DNA from: Octopus vulgaris
Lineage: Eukaryota
NCBI GenBank assembly: GCA_951406725.2
Contig: OX597824.1
Location: 96,410,001-96,474,000, forward strand
DNA: 64,000 nt
Reading direction: 5' to 3'
The notes beneath the pieces are model-generated. The model ran no database searches. It was not told the origin of the DNA and worked only from the letters and a program-made list of their open reading frames with translations. A program made the translations under genes and the position numbers. This document shows positions 55,260 through 64,000 of this stretch, one piece after another (position 1 is the stretch's first letter; each line of letters opens with the position of its first letter).

Positions 55260-55735
55260 GCCATCACCACCATCACCGCCATCACCGCCCTCACAGTCAT
55301 CCCCACCATTACCACCACCACCGACATCACATCTATCACCACCATCACCGCCATCACCGCCCTCACCACCATCACCGCCACCACCGTCATCACCGCCACC
55401 ACCGCCATCACAGCTATCAACACCGTCACAGCCCTCACCACCATCACCGCCATCACAGCTATCAACACCGTCACAGCCATCACCACCATCACCGCCATCA
55501 CCATCATCATCACCATTACAGCCATCACACCACCATCACCACCGTCACAGCCCTCACCGCCCTCACCACCATCACCGCCATCACAGCTATCACCACCGTC
55601 ACAGCCATCACCACCATCACCGCTATCACCATCATCATCACCATCACAGCCATCACACCACCACCACCGCCAACACCGCCATCACCGTCTTCACAGCCAT
55701 CACCGCCATCACCGCCATCACCGCCATCATCACCA
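55260..55735. repeat. 9-bp-based minisatellite (CATCACCRC / CATCACAGC)
   Basis: Direct; stop-free in several frames. Confidence 0.85.
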
Positions 55736-55790
55736 AAACCACGACTTCCATTAAATATGTGCGCTTTGGTATACATATATATATGAATTT

Positions 55791-55833
55791 CAGTCTGATG
55801 ACGGTTCGGTTAGCCGAAACTTCGAACTCGCTG
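55791..55833 (+). ncRNA. Type-I hammerhead motif
   Basis: CAGT-CTGATGA-C-GGTT-CGGTT-AGCC-GAA-A-CTTCGAAC-T-C-GCTG; canonical core, TTCGAA palindrome in stem III. Confidence 0.65.
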
Positions 55834-56250
55834 TCAATCCTATTCTTGTGAAAGAATAATTTTGCCTTCTACCAAAAGTATTCAGTAATCCTTCAATCTA
55901 ATATAAGATAGTTTATATTATAAAATAAAAACAAACGTTAACATACATAGATACACAGATACATACATATATTCATACTTACATACGCGCACACACACAC
56001 GCACACACACATACATATAATTATTTCATAAACACAATATATGCTTTCATGTGTTACTATTAGTTTCATGCTATGAGAGAATGCCAGACGGTATTTTGTA
56101 ACACATTTACTACATCATCGCAATCTTCAGACACTACCCACATAACTTAGCCTGCTAAAAATACGACGGTAGAACAGAAACATATATTGTGCTTATTAAA
56201 TAATATTTATCTCTCATCAGATGGAGTACTTTCTTTTGTACGCAACAGTA

Positions 56251-56303
<53 letters not shown>

Positions 56304-56827
56304 CTCTCTTTTGTCCCCACGTGACCAGCCAGCTACTGCTGCTTTGCCTTTTCGCATCCAGCAGTCGTTGTAGCAACACCTATTTGTTTGTCTCCTGTGG
56401 CCTGAATGCACTCTTCCACTAGCCAGCCCCAAACTTAACTCGTCCTGTCGAAAAGACGCTTGTCCTGACGTCCTTGGTTTTGTTGTTATTATTACCATTA
56501 TTGTTCTTACGTATTTTTGTATTTTTATTCGTGTACATCGTCCGTATTCCGTCCTTGTGTTGTATACATTCGAGGCTTTCTTCCAAGGGATCTAATGCGC
56601 TTGGCTTAGATTTCCCTTGGGGGCTGCCCAGATCGGAGTAATCTCAAGATTAATCAGCCGAAATTGCGAAGATGATCCGGTTCTTGACTGATGATTGAGG
56701 GCTTCGAATGTCCCGTCCTGTGTTTCTTGTGTCGTCTTCTAGGTGTTTCACGTTCTTGTCCCAGTTTGTATATATTTTTTTACTTTTACACACACACACA
56801 CATACACACACACACACACACACACAT

Positions 56828-56867
<40 letters not shown>

Positions 56868-58134
56868 TCATGTTTGTGTTACCAATTTTGACCCTCCACA
56901 AAATACCAAATTTTATTTAATTTGCTTTGGCCTAGTGGTTAGAGCAGCGGACTCGCGGTCGTAGGATCGCGGTTTCGATTCCCAGACCGGGCGTTGTGAG
57001 TGTTTATTGAGCGAAAACACCTAAAAGCTCCACGAGGCTCCGGCAGGGGGTGGTGATCCCTGCTGTACTCTTTCACCACTCTTTCTCTCACTCTTTCTTC
57101 TGTTGGCCTGCTCGCTTAGCCAGCGGGGTGGCGTCATTCGAAGGCTAAAACAATGCGAACGCATTGTGACCAGCGATGTGTAGCAACATCTGATGGTCTG
57201 GTCGGTCACGTGATCACGTGATATATATATATATAATGTTCCGAAAAAGTAAATCGGATACAAAATCTTGTAGAATGCTATGCAAAGCTCGTCCGCAGAT
57301 ATTGGTTACCTGATGTCATCACACAGTGGGAATACGCTTGTCACTAGATACACATTAGGAATTTCATTGTATCCGTTGACTTTACAGCAATAGATAATGG
57401 AATACATATATAATGCATACATTAATACCCAACTACCCACATTCCTTCCTTCCTTCCTTCGTACCTACCTACCCACCCACCCACCTACCTACGCAGTCAG
57501 ACGTTATGATAGATTGGTAATTAGTCAAGCATGGCGCTGTTTTCACCCATGTAGATAATATAGCAATCAGAGAAGGTGAGGTGTGTGTGTAGGTGGTCTG
57601 TACTGTTGTAGGGTTACTACGTCCCTCCCCTCACCACCACCATCACCACCCGACCGAAGCTATTCTACGTCACCTGTCCAATAATTAATACTAGCGATAT
57701 AGGTGGCGGTGGTGGTGCTGGTGGCGAAGAGGTGAATTTCTCCATATTGATATTGTTTGGGGTCAAATCTTATTTAGGGTTCATAGTTTCGAATTGATTG
57801 TAGAATCAGATAAGGGGGCCCAGTAGACTGTGTGGGGTTTCATCTAGATCGGGAATAGTGGTAGTGGTAGTGGCCTTCGCGATGGTGGTGGTTGTGGGTG
57901 TTGATGATGATGATGGAGGTTGTGCTGACGGCGATGGTGGCCGCCGTCGTCGTTGTGATGGTGGTGGTGGTGGTGGTGGTAGTGGCGGTGGTGGTTCAGC
58001 TGTTGATTTGTGTCTCCTGAAGCGGCGGGTATTGTCGCACCGTATTTCATTACATGATGCATTGCAAACACACATCCAGAGGGACGGACAGACTGACAGA
58101 CACACAGGCAAGCACCCACACACAAACGTACACG

Positions 58135-58359
<225 letters not shown>

Positions 58360-58366
58360 GTATGTA

Positions 58367-58403
<37 letters not shown>

Positions 58404-58636
58404 GATTCGTGACAGATGGCCGAATGTTTCAATAAGTTTTTCTATAAGTTTTTCAAACGAATGGCAATTTGTCACAGGTGGTTGAATATATATTTAGAGT
58501 AGCAAAAGGCTCTAGAAAGACATGCGATGTGTGGGTAATCAATTTGTTGACAAAGTTAGTTGTTTATAAACGAAAAAATTCAGAGTGAAGCATGGGTTAC
58601 GCAAATTTTTAGGTGTAGAGTAAAAATTGGAGAGTA

Positions 58637-58674
<38 letters not shown>

Positions 58675-58723
58675 GGGGAGGGAGACAGATAGATAAATAA
58701 ATATAGACAGATGGAGATAGATC

Positions 58724-58760
<37 letters not shown>

Positions 58761-58782
58761 AGAGAGAGAAAGATATATATAT

Positions 58783-58821
<39 letters not shown>

Positions 58822-59245
58822 GAGAGAGAGAGCCCTTTTATCTGACTCCTTTAAGTTAGATACATTATCGTAAGAATCACCATGCTATTTGCAAATAAAA
58901 GATATATAAACGATAACAGTCTTTAGGAATGTATTTATATGAAAAGTTGCATATAAATTTACACGACATAATCATATCATACTTTACAGCTGTTTCGAAT
59001 GATCAATGAGTGGATTCCATAATATAAATGTTATACAAAACTTCCCTTATAAGCACACCCCTCACACCTGTTGCAGCCTGTCCGTCTTTCTACCTCCATA
59101 CGTGCTCGATTTCGATCGTTCCCTTCAAAGACTTTTCTTCCTCTGTAACATCTTGGAGCTGGAGTATAAAGTTCTAATCTCTTATAGCACTTCTTGATAA
59201 CTATTTATACCATACTTACTTTCTACAGCCAGCATTTTAACACCC

Positions 59246-59281
<36 letters not shown>

Positions 59282-59479
59282 AACTAGCATGGCTGGTTGT
59301 TGACACATTTTCCCGCTTTATAAAGGTAAATTACCTAGTATTTCTGCTGTTCTAACGCCAATTCTGTATTCGAAAAAATATCACCTTATTTTTATTTGTA
59401 ATATATATGTGGCCATGCTGGGACATTGCCATTTGGTGTTACTACATAATTTTACTTCACTAATTCATTTTAGAAACTG

Positions 59480-59850
59480 ACGTTTGGTGCATGAGGGAGC
59501 TGCTGCCCTCGTCTGTACTTCCTGCTGTGCAGTTCGTTCATCTGGGACACTTGGTAGTAAGCGGTCTTGTTTCGTTTTGAAGACACTTACATCCACCTTA
59601 TGTAGGTCTCTCAAGTCCTTCGAGAGGATATTGAAGAGCTGTGAGCCTTTAAAGCCTAGCCTTTTGCAATAGCTTGTCCTATATCTTCATGGCAAATTTG
59701 GAGTCATTGGCACTATGCAGTGGCGCCCCGTTCTAGGATTAGTATAACTCTCGATACCAAAGTTTGGGACAAGTCTCTCTAGGATCTTCCAGATGTGTAT
59801 TATTGTCCCAAAACAGTGCCTTGCGGTACACGGCTCACTGCATGTCATTG
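59480..59850 (-). mobile_element. CR1-like LINE 3' fragment
   Basis: Reverse complement resembles 38900-39110 (..LVPNFGIESYTNPRTGRHCIV..). Confidence 0.7.
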
Positions 59851-60250
59851 GAGGTGGTCCCATTGGCTACTACCACTTGATTTCTATCCTTCAGAAGGTG
59901 ATGCAGCCATCCTCCTAATTTCCCGACTATGTCGAGATCACTCAGTTTGTGACATATCATTCCATGATCGACTTTACCGAAGGCCTTTGCTAAGACGAGA
60001 TATATCACATCCACATTTGCCTCACCATGTGACCCTTCTCAACCAAATAATGTTATTTGGGGGAGGGGATGAGTCGATTACATCGACCCCAGTGTTTCAC
60101 TGCTACTTATTTCATCGACTCCGAAAGGATGAAAGGTAAAGTCGACCCCGGCAGAATTTGAACGTACCAGTGGGCGAAATACCGCTAAGCATTTCGTCCA
60201 GTGCGCTAACGATTCTGCTAGCTCGCCGCCTTAATAATAATAATAATAAT

Positions 60251-60317
<67 letters not shown>

Positions 60318-60382
60318 TCAACAACAACAACAATAACAACAACAACAACAACAATAATAATAATATTAATAATAATAATAGC

Positions 60383-60418
<36 letters not shown>

Positions 60419-61244
60419 AATAATAACAATAATAATAATAAATCAGCCCAAGGCTAGATGTTTGACTGGTACTTTATTTTTGTCGACCCCGGAAGGATAA
60501 AAAGCAAAGTCGACCTCAGCGGGATTTTAAAGTCAGACTGTAAAGAACCGTTAAATACCGCAAGGCCGACGTACTTACATATTTAATAATGCACAGACAT
60601 TATTAATTGTTTAAATTAATTAGTCGTATTATAAAGAGGGGGTAGTATGAGAAGGAGTCCAAGGGCGGTACCCATGACATTTATAGGTCCTTCATGGTTG
60701 ATATTCAAATTGAACTTCTGTGGGTTGATATCTATATATAGCGAAAACCTGTACGAAGACTGGCGAACTACAGTGCCTCTACGGGGTTTGTCGATTTGCT
60801 AGAAATAGGAATTAAACTCCCCCTTGACTTTTAATTTACAAACTTAGAAAAGAGGGACTCGCTGGATAATATAGTCCTTAATACACGAACTCTGAATGGA
60901 AGACGGATGGAGAAATGCCTTTGATTATTGTTCAGACGTGGAATTGACTTTGTGGTATCGAATGGAGCATCATTGATAATACGTTCGCTGAATAGGGGCC
61001 GATTTGGGGTTCTTCAAGGCTGAAATGCTTTAGATTAGCGACTGAGTACCCTATTCAATCAATATTATTACAGGAAGAGGGTAACACAGTCCCTGATGAA
61101 ATACCATAACCAAATTGAAACCAGTTTGGGTTTCTGTTGACAAAAATATTGAATATGAATAGATGTTTACCATCTGACTACATGCACACATTCATACACT
61201 TACGTATATTCATACACTCACAACGGTGTGTGTGTATATGTATG

Positions 61245-61276
<32 letters not shown>

Positions 61277-61281
<5 letters not shown>

Positions 61282-62052
61282 GTATTTCGGGATGGTCTTT
61301 TTTTTTGTTTGCCAAATAAACACACGCACTGTATATTCGTTCTTCGCTCGTTTATTACTGTTCTTATTTTAACTCATGTCCATTGTCTTGAAATCTTTCG
61401 TCACACATATGTGACCTCTTCAACGACACTTTCCGTCTTCGTGTGTGCCCTTGCTCTGCTTCTTCTATTCTGTCGCTGAAGAGGTCACAGATGTGTGACG
61501 AAAGATTTCAGGACAATCGACATGAGTTAGAATAACAACAGTGGTGGCACTCCGTCGGTTACGACGACGAGGGTTCCAATTGATTCAAACAAGGGAACAG
61601 CCTGTTCGTGAAATTGACATGCAAGTGGTTGAGCATTCCACAGACACGTGTACTCTTAACGTAGTTCTCGGGAAGATTCAGCTTGACACAGAGTGTGACA
61701 AGAATGGCCCCTTTGAAATACAGGTACAACAGAAACAGGAACAAAGAGCGAGAGAAAGTTGTGGTTCGCTCCCCCCTGCCGGAGCCTCGTGAAGCTTTTG
61801 GTGTTTTCACTCAATAAACACTCACAACGCCCAGTTGGGGAATCGAAACCGCGATCCCACGACCGCGAATCTGCTGCCCTAACCACTGGGCCATTGTGCC
61901 TCCCCAATAAGAACATTAATAAACGAGTGAAGAACGAATATATAGTGCCTGAGTTTATTTGGCAAAAAAGAAAAAAAAGGAACATCCCGAAATACAACTA
62001 TATCTGTTTCAACACACGGTTTCATATCAGGAATCCTGCAACACAAATTCAT

Positions 62053-62055
<3 letters not shown>
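61277..62055 (+). mobile_element. Fold-back element (family B) with two inverted hammerhead motifs; right arm split by a SINE (61541-61902)
   Basis: Plus motif TGTCG-CTGAAGA-G-GTCAC-AGATGT-GTGAC-GAAAGATTTC (61471-61515), inverted copy at 61385-61427; outer arms and tail resemble 31054-31551. Confidence 0.75.
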
Positions 62056-62123
<68 letters not shown>

Positions 62124-62542
62124 CATACACACACACATAAATACATATACAGATAAAGGATAAAAACCCTTTCCGAGTCAAAGGGTCATAAAGCCGGTTC
62201 CCCGATTCCGTGGTGCATTTCTCACTATTTCTCACTCGCTGGGAGGGTCGTCGGTCCGTCCCAGCATTCCTCACTTTTGGCAGCTGAGTGGACTGGGGCA
62301 GCATGAAACGAAGTGTTTTGGTTCAAGAACATCACCCGGTCCAGGAATCGAAACCACAGTCTTACGATCATGAGTTCAACTCCATAACCACTAAGTTACG
62401 CGCCTCCACTACACACCCACATATAAACACACAACGCTCATATATATATATATACACACATACATACACACACACACATATATATATATATACACACATA
62501 CACAGCACACACAACACTCATATATATACACACACGCACACA

Positions 62543-62580
<38 letters not shown>

Positions 62581-63139
62581 ACACACACATACATATACAT
62601 ACACATATACAACACACACACACATATATATATACAAACACACACATGCACAACTCGCAGACACACATACACAACACGTACACTCATATACACAACAGTA
62701 CGCGCGCGCGCACACACACACATATACAAATACACACATACACAACACACACATACACACACACACATATATATATATATATACAAACACATATACACAC
62801 AGACCTGTTTATAGATAGACACCCGCACACTCGCACACACAGATTTCTCGTTTTGACAGACATATTTATGAAAATACTTATGTAGCAAATATGAGAAAAT
62901 TATATCCCTTTCTCTCTGTCTCTCTCTGTCTCTCTGTCTCACCATCCCTAGACACTCAATCTCACTTCCACACCCCTCCCTCCCTAATAAGCCACTCTTT
63001 ATCTACACCTCCCCCACGGCTACCCGCCTTCCGCCACCCATATACCCGTCCCTACTGTTTTTATGGTGTAAATCTAGATGTATTTCATTTCATAAATCAT
63101 ATTCTACCTCGATACGAAAATAGTTTGGCTGGTCTTAGA

Positions 63140-63760
63140 TTTTTATCTATTTCTGTCTGTCTATCTTTCCATCTGCCTGCCTGCCTGTCTGCCTTCCTGC
63201 CTGCCTGCCTGCCTGCTTGCCTTCCTGCCTGTCTGTCTGCCAGCCTGCCTGCCTGTCTGCCTGTTTGGCTGACCGTCCGGTCATCTGTTTGCCTATTCTT
63301 CTGTCTGTATGTTTGTCAGCCTTTCAGACTCTTTGTTTATCTTTCTCACCGACTATTTGTCTGCATGTCTGCTTCCCTATCTGTCTGTTTGTCTACTTCT
63401 CTGTCTGTGTGCCTGTCCGTCTGTCCAGCTTTCAGTCTGTCTGTCTCTCTGCCAGTCTCTGTCTCTTTGGCTGTCTCACTGTTTTCTTGCCTGTCTGCCT
63501 GTCTAATTTTACCCTGCTGTGTCTATCAGCCAGTTTGCTTGACTTCTTGTCCGTCTTGTCCATCTTTCAATCTACCTGCCTGTCTGTCTGTCTTACCTGT
63601 CGTCTGCCTGTCTCATTTCAATCTCTCTGTTAGACTATTAATCTGACTGTCTGTCTGCTTGCCTTCTTGTCCGTCTTGTCCATCTTTCACTCTGCCTGTC
63701 CGTGCCTGTCTGTCTTCGTGTCCTCTTGTCTACTTGTATGTCTGACTTTCTGCCTGTCTG
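63140..63760. repeat. Degenerate (CTGT/CTGC)n tetranucleotide tract
   Basis: Direct; explains the 251-aa low-complexity ORF. Confidence 0.85.
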
Positions 63761-63842
63761 CTGTTTTAGGTATGGGACAGATTGGAACATATTTGCAAAG
63801 ATCGAAACTTACCCCTAGAGAAAGAAAGAAACAAGAAAGAGA

Positions 63843-63878
<36 letters not shown>

Positions 63879-63903
63879 AGGAGTAAGAGACGAGTGTGGA
63901 GTA

Positions 63904-63980
<77 letters not shown>

Positions 63981-64000
63981 GGATAGAAAGCTTGAGAAGA

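Noticed and set aside
55109-55851. His-rich and Pro/Ser-rich ORFs of 200+ aa
   Set aside because: Stop-free 9-bp minisatellite open in several frames on both strands.
56640-56720. CTGATGA and CAGCCGAAA in a TA-flanked repeat
   Set aside because: I could not fit them into a consistent hammerhead topology.
61089-61131. CTGATGA-AAT..ATT-GAAACCAGT
   Set aside because: Weak 3-bp AT stem II and out-of-register stem I; not counted among the supported motifs.
62891-63646. 251-aa ORF
   Set aside because: Degenerate CTGT/CTGC repeat.

Overview
Repeat-dominated eukaryotic DNA, very rich in microsatellites, with one 100-N gap at 26110-26209. The SINE families and (TA)n/(CA)n density suggest a coleoid cephalopod such as Octopus (inference). 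One host gene can be built with confidence: a 5-exon CINP-like gene (CDK2-interacting protein) on + at 2846-8580, 232 aa. The rest is nested transposon debris: RTE, CR1-like and L1/Tx1-like LINE relics, a Penelope-like element (RT + GIY-YIG), three mariner copies, hAT and TA-target MITEs, a non-autonomous Helitron and many tRNA-derived SINEs. Most ORFs in the track are microsatellite artefacts. The most notable signal is about ten minimal type-I hammerhead-ribozyme motifs in several short repeat families. They include a G3-C8 core-swapped variant, a tRNA-headed SINE-like element carrying a hammerhead, and fold-back 'inverted arm + hammerhead + tail' elements inserted in (TA)n tracts. There is also a ~1.45 kb fold-back built from ~320 bp units that each carry a tRNA-like cloverleaf. 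All calls come from reading the sequence by eye; no searches were run.
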